Part shown: positions 1 to 12,000 of the stretch, one piece after another
How positions within the stretch are numbered: position 1 is the first letter of the stretch
Layout of the letters: each line of letters starts with the position of its first letter
DNA from: Azolla caroliniana
Lineage: Eukaryota; Plantae; Polypodiophyta
Length of the DNA stretch: 64,000 nt
Direction: 5' to 3'
Assembly: GCA_043228905.1 (NCBI GenBank)
Contig: JBHGNT010000014.1
Coordinates: 16,926,001 to 16,990,000, forward strand
Notes under the pieces: generated by a model
What the model saw: the letters and a program-made list of their open reading frames with translations, nothing else
What the model was told of the DNA's origin: nothing
The model's database searches: none
Made by a program: the position numbers and the translations under genes

Positions 1-663
1 CTTAAGTATTACATGTGGTGCATGCTAACCATGTCACTCATTTTAGCACTCATGGATGAGAATTTACATGTAAAAGTACAATGATAGAAATATAATTTTA
101 ACTAAATACCATGGCTTAATGGTAAGCCATTTGACTCCTAACTTGGAGGTGCAAGGTTCGAATCCATACTTGCCCTCCTTGTATATGTATATATTTTTAT
201 ATATTTATTTTATCTAGTCGCCGGTTCGCCGGATACCGTCGCCGGATGCCGACGCCGACGCCGGATCACCGGCTCCATCTCCGGTCCGGTTTTGGTTGGC
301 CAAAACCCTTTTCGAGTAGCTAGCCACCTCCACTCTTAGTTCAAGTTACCTTTAACTCTCTATGCTCCACACATAGACACAAAGATAATATCTTTTGCTC
401 CACCTTATATATGATGAGAGCCGTATTTGTCGTGCCTATGTGGGATATCTCACAATTTTCTCTTTTCTTTTCACAAACTTTATACCCTCATATCTTGACA
501 TTTAGTTGTACGTTTCTCGTGTAATAAAGTGCATTCGAAACCTCCATCATTTTGTACTTAGATATTAAAAATGTTATCTTCACAATTATTTTATTACGTG
601 ATTCATACTCGATTTTGTACGTTTTATGGGATTTTCACACTATTGCCGAAAATCTTCACGACA
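1..663 (-). mobile_element. LTR-like unit A1 (cut by window edge), Ty3/gypsy-related
   Basis: Near-identical to 932-1593. Ends in ...CTTCACGACA, i.e. TGTCGTGAAG on the minus strand, the same 5' terminus as the LTRs at 3566(-) and 4268(+). Confidence 0.65.
105..176 (+). promoter_or_regulatory. tRNA-derived Pol III A/B-box cassette inside LTR A1 (not a functional tRNA)
   Basis: A box TGGCTTAATGG 112-122 and B box GGTTCGAATCC 155-165 at tRNA-like spacing. D-arm-like stem TGGCTT/AAGCCA; acceptor and anticodon stems do not pair. T5 run at 194-198. Confidence 0.6.
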
Positions 664-1593
664 GCATAAGCTTTAGCGAGAAAGTACTTAAGATAGATTG
701 GGAAAGAGAGAAGTTGAGATCACACAATTGAGAGAGATTGATTGAAGTTTTAACTTTAGATTTAAGAAACAAGTTACACGATCAATTTGATAACGAATTT
801 CTTCCTCTTAATTTTCATACAAAAAAACCGTGTTTTTTCTCCTCCCCCTTCCCTCTTTTATAGATGCTCTCATGCATATGATGCATGTGAGGGTACAAGA
901 CATGCATAAATTACATGTTTGCCATTTGGCGCTTATGTATTACATGTGGTGCATGATAACCATGTCACTCATTTTAGCTCTCATGTATGAGAATTTACAT
1001 GTAAAAGTACAATGATAGAAATATAATTTTAACTAAATAGCATGGCTTAATGGTAAGCCAATTGACTCCTAACTTGGATGTGCAAGGTTCGAATCCTTAC
1101 TTGCCCTTCTTGTATATGTAAATATGTATATATATTTATATATTTATTTATCAAGTCGTCGGACGCCGGTTCGCCGGATGCCGTCAATTACCGTTGCCGT
1201 CGCCGGATTGGCGCCGGATCACCAGCTCCATCGCCGGTCCGATTTTGGTTGGCCAAAACCCTTTACGAGTAGCTAGCCCACCTCCACTCTTAGTTCAAGT
1301 TACCTTTAACTCTCTATGCTCCACCTTATATATGATGAGAGCTGTATTTGTCGTGCCTATGTGGGATATCTCACAATTTTCTCTTTTCCTTTTACAAACT
1401 TTATACCCTCATATCTTGACATTTAGTTGTACGTTTCTCGTGTAATAAAGTGCATTCGAAACCTCCATCATTTTGTACTTAGATATCAAATCTATTTAAA
1501 ATGTTATCTTCACAATTATTGTACTACGTGATTCATACTCGATTTCGTACGTTTTATGGGATTTTCACACTATTGCCGAAAATCTTCACGACA
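664..1593 (-). mobile_element. LTR-like unit A2, inserted into the RT region of element B
   Basis: 5' end TGTCGTGAAG at 1593 on minus; TATA-like CTATAAAAGAGGG near 851-863 on minus. It interrupts the RT ORF of element B at ...SSVT. Confidence 0.65.
1036..1107 (+). promoter_or_regulatory. tRNA-derived Pol III A/B-box cassette inside LTR A2
   Basis: A box TGGCTTAATGG 1043-1053, B box GGTTCGAATCC 1086-1096; T-arm AAGG-TTCGAAT-CCTT. Confidence 0.6.
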
Positions 1594-2653
1594 CCGTGAC
1601 CGAGCTATAGTCGTTCTTCATCGCAGAGATGGCTTCTACCTTAGCCGGAGACGGTTTCCGGCCGTACGGCCTGCATAGGTGTCCGACGACCATGATCTCT
1701 AATTGCCCGAAGGCCGACTTTCCCCCGGAGAAGGTGAGCCTCGCACTCTCCAACCTCTGCAGCACCTTCTCGCAGTCATCGATGTGCGCCGGCACGAATT
1801 TCCGGCATCCGTCCGGTCCGATCATCTCGTCCCTTTCCTCCACCGCGCATCCCTTGATCGGGACATCGTCCAAAAACGGCATGGTGATGTCCGGGATACA
1901 ATCCCTCAGCACTTTGTTCATTGTGTTCACCATGTGAGCCACCGAGTTCGTCCCTCCTTGCGGCAGGGTACACATTTGTACTAGGCCGAGAGGAGTTCGC
2001 ATTGTCGTGATGTCCCTGCTCTCTACGGCAAGCTGGAACTGATCGTACCCCGAGTAGAGATCACCGACAGAGTAAATCGACCTTCCGACGAAGGCCTCCG
2101 CGAACTCGTCTATTGTCGGTCCGATTCCTGCGTTTCGAATGGTCACCTTGTTGACCGGTTGCAGGTCTTGAATAAAGCGCAGCGTGCCGTCCTTCTTCGG
2201 CACGGTAAACCACCGATTCGAGTATGGGGCACTCGACGGTTCGAGGATTCCCATCTCGACCTTTTGCTTTAACAACTCCATCAGCTTCGGGATGTGAGCT
2301 CTAGGTACTGGAATCGGTTTGAGACTCCACGGCACATGCGGTACCGTGAATATCACCATCGGTTCCACGACTGTCGGGTCTACGCACCCGATCTCCTCCG
2401 GTGACAATGCAAAAGCCTTCCCGTGCCTTCCGAGCATTCCCCGAAAACGGTCCTCTTCCGCCAGCAGTAGGAAGCCGCCCCCACCGATTTTGAGCTCGCA
2501 CAGCGTTATGTCGGTGAACGTGTGTCCTATGTGGGCCGGATTTCGTAAACTCGGGTCCGACGCAACCCCCTTTATTCGCAACTCGCTGCCCTCCGACAAG
2601 GGAGCCGCGATTGGCCTCACCTTCCGGTCCACAGTCATGTACCTCGTGTCCAC
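1594..2653 (-). pseudogene. Ty3/gypsy reverse transcriptase (truncated pol fragment)
   Basis: Motifs ILEPSSAPYSNRWFTVPKKDGTLRFIQDLQPVN, DLYSGYDQ, LPQGGTNS, PFLDD; cut off by the insertion at 1593. Confidence 0.9.
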
Positions 2654-2847
2654 CCGGGCCGTCCGATCCGACTCGAGCCCTCTACTGAAGTCCGCGATGA
2701 CTTCAACCGGCCGATCGTACCGACAACCGCCTCGATAGCCCTATCAAGGGCGTCGGTGCCTTCGCGCGCACTCACTATAAGGTCTACAGCCGAAGCCACG
2801 GCTTCTGCAAGGTCCGACCCCCTCATCTTCTACTCCTCTGCCGCCTG

Positions 2848-2865
2848 TTCACGTCGGGTTCACCA
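2848..2865 (-). other. Primer-binding site complementary to tRNA-Trp 3' end
   Basis: Minus strand TGGTGAACCCGACGTGAA, 4 nt after the LTR end. Matches the plant tRNA-Trp(CCA) 3' end ...TTCACGTCGGGTTCACCA (recalled sequence). Confidence 0.85.
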
Positions 2866-2869
2866 AATA

Positions 2870-3566
2870 TGTCACATTGTTACGCGCGTGCGCGGAGAAC
2901 AAGGCGGGACCACTAGGGTCTTGGACCGAGGAATAGGTGAGGAAGAAAAAGAGAGAGAGAGAGAGAGAGAGAGACGCTCACTCACGTATAGACAAAGAAG
3001 CGCACGGGGACGCGTCACAACAACACAGGAGACGCGAGTTGAGAACACTAGAGTGTGTATCTAAATATAGGCATGTATTTGTATGTATGCAGACGAATCG
3101 AACGGTTACAGCCGACCAGGTCGGCGAGGTGGATGCCGACGCCTGATCACCCATGCACATAGGAGAGCAAGATGGAGATTCTGCCGAAAGCACACGGGCG
3201 TTCCACGGAGCAGAATCAGCCTCCTGAGAGCCTGCGCAAAAGAAAGCTATGGAGAACGACAGAGAAGAAGAGCTCGGTCCCAGTCTGACAGCACTTCGTT
3301 CCCTCTAGCGCGCGATCCCCTTCTCTCCCCCGTCTCCCTCTCTTTTATAGCTCAAGGAGGGAGGCCGTTTCACCCGTTTACATCACATTAACTCTCTATC
3401 CTTTCGGACAGAGATACTCCTCGATTTACCTTATAGAATATTGCTACCTAGGATTTAACCTTTGTGCCTACCTATCTACTATACGACAAGGGACGTGCCC
3501 ACGTGTAAGGGCCGGTTCACACACACTATACACTGTTTGCGCCTGGGGACGGTTTTCTTCACGACA
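2870..3566 (-). repeat. 5' LTR of element B (~697 bp)
   Basis: TG...CA termini, TATA-like CTATAAAAGAG near 3340-3350 on minus. U5 motif GGTCCAAGACCCTAGTGGTCCCGCC resembles that of LTR C. Confidence 0.8.
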
Positions 3567-5032
3567 GCGGGGCCACGGCCCAATCATAAAAGCCATTGTA
3601 CGTGCATGCGAAGGATGAGTCGACGACTAGCCGAGGTTGCTCCCTTACGCGCTATGGGTGGACAGGACTACCCACAGTTCAGTGACAAGGTACATGTCGG
3701 CGGAACTAATGTTTGGACAGAAACCCATCATGCCAGTAGAGCGGACGATCACATCGTGGACGGCGATCGATTGGGCCAACGAAATGAGCCGAGAAGAATT
3801 GCTTGCGGCCCGAATCCGGCAACTCGAGTGAAGGCCAGAAGACGTGGAGTGGGCCACGGCAAGGGTGAAAGAAGCGAGAATCCGGAGCAAGGCCTAGTTC
3901 GATCGGACACACTAGCTCCGGCCAAGGAAGATCGAGGAAGGCGATTGGGTGTTAGTCTACGACAGTAGCCTCGACAACCAACATAGGTCTACGCGTAAGT
4001 TCGCAAAGCGATGGTTCGGGCCATACGTGGTAATTAGCATCAACGATAACGCGATGTATAATCTCGCGGAGCTCGACGGGACCCGAATGATGACTCCAGT
4101 GTCCGGGAAGCGGATAAAGGCCTTCTAAAGACGGAGTGAGGCAGAACCGGACCAAGAGGCAAAAGGACCAGTTCAGAAGGGAAGGACGAGTAGCAGATGG
4201 CCCAGAATCCCTCACTAAAAACGTTGCCCGGCACATAACAGAGTATGTGCAGTTTAGTGGGGGTGGATGTCGTGAAAATTCCGGGCCATTGGTAGAAACA
4301 ATGTGAAACGTGTGGGAGCACTGGTGTGCACGAGTGCACACCCCTAGTGAATTAGATAGTGTAAGTACTAGGCATAGGAAAAAGGGGGTGTACTAGGTAG
4401 TTAAAGCATTAATAGGGATTCAGACATCGCGTAAGTAGGGAGAGTTATGAGGAGAGCGAATCAGGGGGGAGAATTTAGGAAGTTAAAGTGACAAGGCCAT
4501 GAATGCTTTGTAAAGGTCGCTCCTTGTGCTATAAAAGGGGCGACCCTCGACTGTTTTTGGGGATGTCATTTTTTTTCGAGAGAGGAGAAAGGAAACAGAG
4601 ACTAAAGAAGACGAGGAGTCCTACGACGTGACACCGGAAGGCGCTTCCCCTGCTCGCATCAGACGCCTGAGTGCTCCCTACCAGGGGATCGACCTTCTGT
4701 GTGCCCACTCATCTCCGTGTCTGACTACTCTAGAGCCTACGCTCGAACACCGGCACTGATCCGGTTGTAATCACCCACAGCGCCACGCGCATATATTGAT
4801 TAATAGAAGCTTATCCACTTACCGCTAGTTATTCTTAGCATATCTGTCTGCGCCTGTGTCTACGCACGTTCCTCTTACACTATCTCTCTCGTTTCACTAA
4901 TCTTTTCTGTTTAAACCACAGTCTCAAGGCCCACGTAAACCACAGACTCTTCCTCCTCATTTCTTGGTTCCTTGGTTCAAGACCCCCGTGGTCCTGCCCA
5001 ACTTCTACGCATCCGCGAGGATTTCCTCGACA
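3567..5032 (+). mobile_element. Ty3/gypsy element C: 3' end (integrase C-terminus, PPT, 3' LTR)
   Basis: From 3567 reads RGHGPIIKA...LLPYALWVDRTTHSSVT...ELMFGQKP...GDWVLVYD...KFAKRWFGPYVV with several stops. PPT AGTGGGGGTGGA 4256-4267; LTR 4268-5032 (TGTCGTGAAA...CCTCGACA). Confidence 0.85.
4268..5032 (+). repeat. 3' LTR of element C (~765 bp)
   Basis: Follows the PPT directly; TG...CA ends; TATAAAA near 4530. Confidence 0.8.
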
Positions 5033-5458
5033 ACGCTAGAGAGTTACACACCACCACTATGTAACATAATTAATGTGTCATAGGAGTTACATTCTATGAC
5101 ACATAGTTAATGAGTCTTGTAACATAACTCATGTGCCATTGGAGTTACACTATATGACACAGAGTCAGTGAGATTCCCCACTCCTCAAGATTCTAGAAAG
5201 TGAATGAGTGTTTTAGTGAGAGGGTGATCTTATATAAAGCACACTCCTCTTGCTTTATAGTAGTCAGTTAATCTCCCATGTAATGCTTTTATTCTTGTGT
5301 GGTTGCTATTCTCTACTCCTTGTCAATATACATCCTGAGCATTCTATTTTCTTGTCTATCTTGTGGGTCTCCTCTCTCCTCTTTCACGCACACATAACAC
5401 ACATCTCTAATATATTCCGCTACATAGAATCATACTCAATTCTGTACAATAACTAACA
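5033..5458 (+). mobile_element. Probable 3' part of an older LTR that hosts element C
   Basis: Two ~58-bp self-complementary tandem repeats (5060-5175), TATATAAA at ~5231, pyrimidine-rich R/U5-like tract, ends ...AACTAACA. The matching 5' part is not in the window. Confidence 0.4.
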
Positions 5459-8244
5459 ATAGTGATAAATAAATTAGGGTAGCTAGGGATCGTTGTAGGT
5501 GGTTTGGTTTTATGCTTACAACAAAGGATCAAAGTTATCATCTATTGTATAAAGTTAATTGAAGGCATTTTGGTAGTAGAGTTTATTGGAAATTTATTTG
5601 GATTAGAGGACTAAAATTGATGGTGCTTGCTTCCTTTTAATTGTTGGGAAAAACTTAATATTGTGGTCTGAAGTCCACCATTCCTTTATTGCATTATCCA
5701 CTTCATTAGCACAAAATAACAAAGATAAAAAGATATTAGAATACTAACTATTGATGTCAAATGAACTTCATTTAGCCTTGTGTTATCTACTATCAACATC
5801 CATATTCTACTTTATTGGTTTGAAGGTATTGGTAAATGTGGTAAATTTGTGGTTAACACAATTACATTTGTGTGCATGCACTTGTATCAAGATGTACATG
5901 GAGAGTAAACTCTAAACAAACAAACAAAACTCGTGATTAAGTGAAAAAAGTAATGTAAAGGTAAAAAACGTACCGAAATCAATGTTACCAAACTCTATAA
6001 AGGTCAAAGATAATATTGATGGGTGTGTTAGAACATAATCTAAAATTCTAACATAAAATCAGACATTGTAGGTACTAGGTACTAATTATACCATTGGAAT
6101 GTCATTTTCGCCTAAAGAAAATGTTTATATAATTTATCATCATGCTCAAATGTGATTGTTTGTTTGGATTTTCATCTATGTTGATGTTTGTACATATTCA
6201 AACCACAAGATATATTCATGAATGGAAAAGGGTGCTCTAGACTAGGAATAACTAACACAATGTACCCAATGTTGCTCCATGCAAGCAAACCGTTTCATGG
6301 TTTTTCCATGGAAGTGGTTCCAAGTGCTTTCATATGCCTAAAAGACACAAAATCAAGCATACCAAGTTGATGGAACACATATATACACAAGTAAAACGAC
6401 TAGTTTAACTACCATAATATCATTTTTTTCTGGGAAGTAGAACTATGAAGGCCAAGAATATCCATGACAAGGATAAGTCTACAAATTGGCTATTGGGATC
6501 AAATAGGACGTCCACATTCAGGATCGCCAAATATTGCTAGGTATTTTGATGTTAGTTGTTAAGATAATGAAGCTACAAATCTAACACTAATAAGAACATG
6601 AAGGGAACATCACTGACATATGCATTCTTTCTATCAAGTTGGCGTTGTGCTTACAATAGGAACGAAGTTCTTTTTGTAGGACATATTTACTATCAATGAA
6701 AGGAATGAGTTTAACTTCGTTAGAGGACTCCAAAAAATCGATACATGAATAGGAGTATCGCTCCATATGAAATCTTACATTTTTATGCATATAAAAGTCA
6801 ATGAGTTCATGACTCATAGTATGAAGGACGATTGTAGTTTGATGTTTGTAACCAGTGTAAACAATTTATGATGTAATAAAGAAAAGATGTAAATTGTCAT
6901 TATAACTTGTTTATGTAAATTTAGTCTTATCATAGTGAACTTTATAAACCTAAATGGTAATCAATGCCTGGTGGAGGATTTAGTAAATAAATAAGTTTCA
7001 ATGTAATAGGAAGTCATAATTTAGAAATGAAACTTGTTGAATTAAGTTGTTGCTTTCTCTCATTGCTTGAATTTTGCAAGTGTTTAATAATCTCTCCATG
7101 ATTCAAAAACAAACAAGTTTTATATGTGAAATTGTCAACAAGCAATATAATTAAGTTGTTCATACATTATAAGAAAAAGGACGTTCAACTAGTCAAGTGA
7201 CCGACTCTCTGATAGTTGGAAAACTCTACTACTACTTTTCCAATTGACATGTTCAAACATAATTAATAGCTGAATAATCAATTGATTGGTAGAGAGATTT
7301 AGTTTCTCAACCAGAAACCCATGTTGAATTGATTGAAAAGGCTTGGGGTTTCAAGTGACCATTGGTCACAAGTTTAATTACTATATCAAGAAATAGATGG
7401 TTCTAACCACACGATGGGTGTAAAGAGTGAGTGAGTTAGATGTTGTTCATTACTTGGTAGATCTCTGCTACTTACAACAAATCTTAGATTTTCACATTGT
7501 AAGGGTTGCTTCAGGCTTCTTGACAAAAAATTTCTTTTAAAACATGGTATACTTGTCCAATGCCACCACACAAATCAACATTACCCTCATCCAAGACCAA
7601 TAAACTAACAAAAAGTGGCTTTAGTTGTGTCATGTTGTGATTGGATGAACAAATAACTGAATGCAAGTACAATCGAACGTGATTACTTGAATTGCGTGGC
7701 GTGTAAGTATTTATTTCTATCAGTCAACAAACTTTGTGACAATGTTTTACATGCGATAATAAGAAGTTATAAGATACACCAAAATTTTACATGTGTTTTA
7801 GTGGAAAATTGAAATGGTATATATCTATATACACACATTTGTAAACAAACCGCCAACTTAAGAGTCCAATCGGTTACCTTGACCACATATACACTTGTTG
7901 TTTTGAGAACTTAACTCCTCATATGGCATGTTGCTTTATCGACACACGCAATTCGCGAAGGAATCATCGTCATGTAAACACATTACTGTACAACTAAAAT
8001 GCTTTACTATTTATTCGAGAGATTCGATGGTACATCGAAATCGTGACCAAAAAAAATTTATGCGCATAAAAAGTCACGAAACGTTTTAACGATTTGGAGG
8101 TTTGATGGACGATGCTTTGTTGTTGTGAACTACCATAGTCACAATGCAAGACGGGTGGTTAATCCCCACCTAGGGGCGCGTGAAAAGCCGTTTGGAACAG
8201 GAATGGACAGGTCACATGAATTGGGTTGTGCTTCATCCGGTGGT

Positions 8245-8403
8245 ATACGGGTTTCGTCGTGGGCAGGTCTCTACAGTTGGTCCATCGGGTTGCATGTAAA
8301 GGGGCAAGGGAATGGATAAGTTGCATGACCAGTGCGTGCTTCATACGGGTTCCGTCCTATGCAAGCCTTTGCAGTTGTCCATCGGGGTTGCATGTAATGG
8401 GCA
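8245..8403. repeat. Two ~60-bp imperfect direct repeats upstream of the VAP gene
   Basis: ATACGGGTT...CAGTTG(G)TCCATCGGG(G)TTGCATGTAA.GGGCA at 8245 and 8343. Confidence 0.55.
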
Positions 8404-9065
8404 CGATTTCGGACAGCGGGCGCCAGTAAGACAAAACAAAACAACAGGACAAAAAGGGAACACGTAGACAGACAATCAGGAAGGAGATGATGATGAGGAT
8501 ATTATATGGACATATGTACATAACTTCTCCCATAATGTGCTCATGGGATCATGGATGGACACACAAATGGAATGGGGTGGGGCCCGGCCTGAAAATGTAT
8601 GTAGGATTTGTCCGCCCAAGTGTGAAACCGGCAGAGCCCCCCCCCCCCCCCCCCTCTCTCTCTCTGTGTAGTTTGACTCTCTTCCTGTCTCTGTCTCGCT
8701 CTGTTTCTCATTAGACGAGTCAATTCTGGAGCTTTTATGTCTTGTGGGCGATTGATTATTCTCCGTCCTCTCTAGTTTGCTCTGCCTTTCCATCCGCTCT
8801 GCAGACTGCACCCCCCCCCAAGTCTTCGGCATTGAAAGATCTCTCCTACCTTGCCTTTTCCCCCGCCCACAACTGTTAGATACAGCAGATCTCTGATCTT
8901 AACACCAGAGAAGAAGAAGGAAGGAAGAAGGAAGGAAGAAGAAGAAGAAGAAGAAACAAAACACAAGAGGAAGCAAGACCGCACAAGGAACAACCTCATC
9001 ATCAACAACAACAATAGTAAAGAAGAAAAACAAAGAAGATAGAAGAGAACGTACATTTTTTTTGT

Positions 9066-12000
9066 ATGGAAAGATCGTCTGCCCATGAAGTTCATGGATT
9101 TCTCCAGCAACAACAAGTTCATGAACATGAACATGACCATGATCACGCCGGAAGGAATACACCTCTCCAGCCATTGTCATCGAAGAGGCTCCCATCCATG
9201 GCAGCAATTGTGAAAGCCTTGTTGTCCAGCCGACGCCGATTGCGCCTCACCCCCGATAACAAACTTTACTTCCTATGTAAACCTTCCACATTTGCCTTCT
9301 CCATTTCATATTTTTATATGTGTTTTGCATGTCTGTTAATCCTGTATAAGTCATCATAATTTATCTTTTTCATTTTGTTTTTATTTTTCTTATTTTGATT
9401 CATTCCTTTTCTTTCTATGCAAGTCACCACCCAACCTTTCCTCCCAAATCCTATTTTTCTTTTTTTGTTCATTTTATTTTTCAAATTTCTTCACTTCATT
9501 TCAAAATTGTCGAACATGACAGCCTTCATATTCTTTTAACTATTTCATTATTTTAGCAACTCATTGTTTCATTAATCCCCCATTTTGTTATTTTATCTTT
9601 TTTCCATTATGTTTCATTGGGTCAACGTGATAGCAAATGTGAAGACTTGCTACTTTACTGGTCACAGCACAATGCAGTACATACACTTCTGTCTGTATTT
9701 CATGGTCATGTAGGAGGTTTGCAAGATATGTGAGGTTTGAAATATGTGAAATGTACTTCCTCTGCAATTCATGTTGCAGTATATCTGTGTGTGTATTATG
9801 TATATTGTCACTAAATTGCCTGGTGTGTAATAGGGTAGTCCTGGAAGGTTTCCTAATAGGTTGAGAGAGAGAGAGAGAGAGAGAGAGTGTGTGTGTGGTG
9901 TATGAGTGCATGTAAGGAGGGTATGACAGTGTGAGGGAGAAACAAAAAAATAAGGCATGGTTTCACTGATCTTCTACAGAAGTATTAGGGCTGTCTTGGG
10001 CTGTCCTTGCTAGCCGAGCTGAAAGAGGTGGCTTGGACAATAGGGCAGAGGAAGAGATGGATATGGCTGTTGGTTCAGCTGTCATGCATTGGAAAAATGC
10101 TTTGCACTCAACATTGTAGATGGGAGTGTATCCACCAACAGCTCCTCCAATGGACAAGCCACTAGATATTTAAGTAAAGCCTTAGCATGTCTCGGATTAG
10201 GAGGCTCCCTTGGGTACTAGAACTAGAGTAAATATCTTGGAACTTAGCCTTAAGAATAAACTTCCATGTAGTTTCAGAAAGATTCAAACTCATATCCTGA
10301 TGCTCTTTGGTCCAAGACAACTGTTTCCTTGTGAAGCCCAATTGAGCTTGGTGTGTGCTGGTGGATTACTTTAGGAGATCAAAGAGTGTATTATAGTTCT
10401 TATTGAAGAGAATAGAAAGACAAGAAGTATATTGATATCTGGCCTAGGAGACCGAATGAGAGATTACATCTTAAAGTGTTGCCTTGTCTTTGAGAACAAC
10501 AAACCAAAATAAATATAACTAAATTTGTGGAACTGCCTAAGGTATCAAAGAAGTGTTAGCTAAGCACTTAACATTTTGAACTTCTGCATTTGAAAGATCT
10601 CAAACATGGGTTGATCCAAGATCGAGAGGTCTTTGAAACGAAGAAGCATGATGCCACATAATAATGGCCATTTATCTATCAATGGCTAGGGTGATGAGTT
10701 CATGATCCAGATGGATGGGGCCATCACGCATGATAATTTTCTATTGCCCAATCTATTGTGACCCATTTTGAGTGTTGTGGTTTAAACCCTTACTTGTGTA
10801 GCCCTTGATTGCCTGGTAACGTGAGGAATGAGGGAGGTAAAGAAAGTTTAAATGGCTCTTTCTTGATGAGCTGTTGTTGGTGTATTGTGGACCATGAACA
10901 AATTCTCTCTTTGTCTCTCGCATTCTAGCAAGAACAGTCCCAAGCACCATTGATCTTCATATTCCATTACCTTGTATGGTGGGCCAAAAACTGGTTTGAG
11001 GAGGCAACAGTATCTCCATTTTATTTGATAAAAAACAGTACAATGGAAAACGTAGTACTCATCCAATTCCATCCCCTGGATATCACAATTGGTAGATGTA
11101 TTTTTCCATAGATTTTGTGTGTATATCTGCCTATCTCAATCTGTAACTGATGTTAAGAGGCCGTGAACTCCTATCACTCTCAAAGCGCACGAGATATATG
11201 TATTTCCATATAAGAATGCCTAATCATAAATCCATCTTGTAATGCATGTAAAAAGAGGGCTTCCTTGCGGTTGTCCTTCTGACCAAGAGACATTGTGTGG
11301 CTGGTCTATGTCATTTCATTATCCAATTTAAGGATATTGGTTTAGATCACTGTATTTTGTTACATTTTGGTTATGTTCAGGTGTGGACAATACAAATTGT
11401 AGTTGAACGGGGGTAGAACATTTATATTTGTGCTATGTGAATGGAACCATTATTGCATTTCAGCATACTGACAATGGTTATCTTCATGTTCAGCCATCTG
11501 TTTTGACAACACTTTTTCTTTGGGTACTCTCAAACTTGTTGGATACTTGTCACTACCACTCTTTTGAGTCGTTTCCATCTCAAAATATTGAAATATTATA
11601 TTGTCCATTATCGGGGTTTGTCCTACCTCCTCCTGGATTATATCATGGGGCACCGATGCTTTACTTCTTATCATGTGAGCAATCATCAAGACTAAAGGTC
11701 TCTCCAAATCTATCCAGATACAAGAAAGTTGATATGAAGAAGTTCTAGAAGGGAAAGGACCACCCTCATCATCAACAACATTGATCTCACATATTTAATG
11801 GAAACGAAAAAAAGAGAAACCAGAACAAAATGAGTTAAAAAAGGTTCACAAGCTGCTGGGGCATGCAAAGTGTTAACCCACTGAGTGTGCACTTACTCAA
11901 TGGTCAAGTGGTGTTCCTGGAAGATTCCCTGTAGGTTAAGGGTGGTCTCTACTTTGGGGGGTCAACTGCCAATCAATGAATATTCCCCCACTCACTGAGA

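Larger units (their letters stand above)
1594..3566 (-). mobile_element. Ty3/gypsy LTR retrotransposon B: 5' LTR, PBS, internally deleted gag-pol, RT
   Basis: LTR 3566-2870 (TGTCGTGAAG...GTGACA), tRNA-Trp PBS, gag start MRGSDLAEAV at 2826 fused near 2705 to pre-RT sequence, then the RT ORF. Confidence 0.9.

Noticed and set aside
105-176. Functional tRNA-Arg(CCT) gene
   Set aside because: Acceptor and anticodon stems do not pair and it lies in a repeated LTR; kept only as a tRNA-derived cassette.
5800-7600. Degenerate DNA-transposase-like sequence (e.g. CVHALVSRCTWR)
   Set aside because: Only isolated motif hints; no ORF, TIR or TSD that I could confirm.
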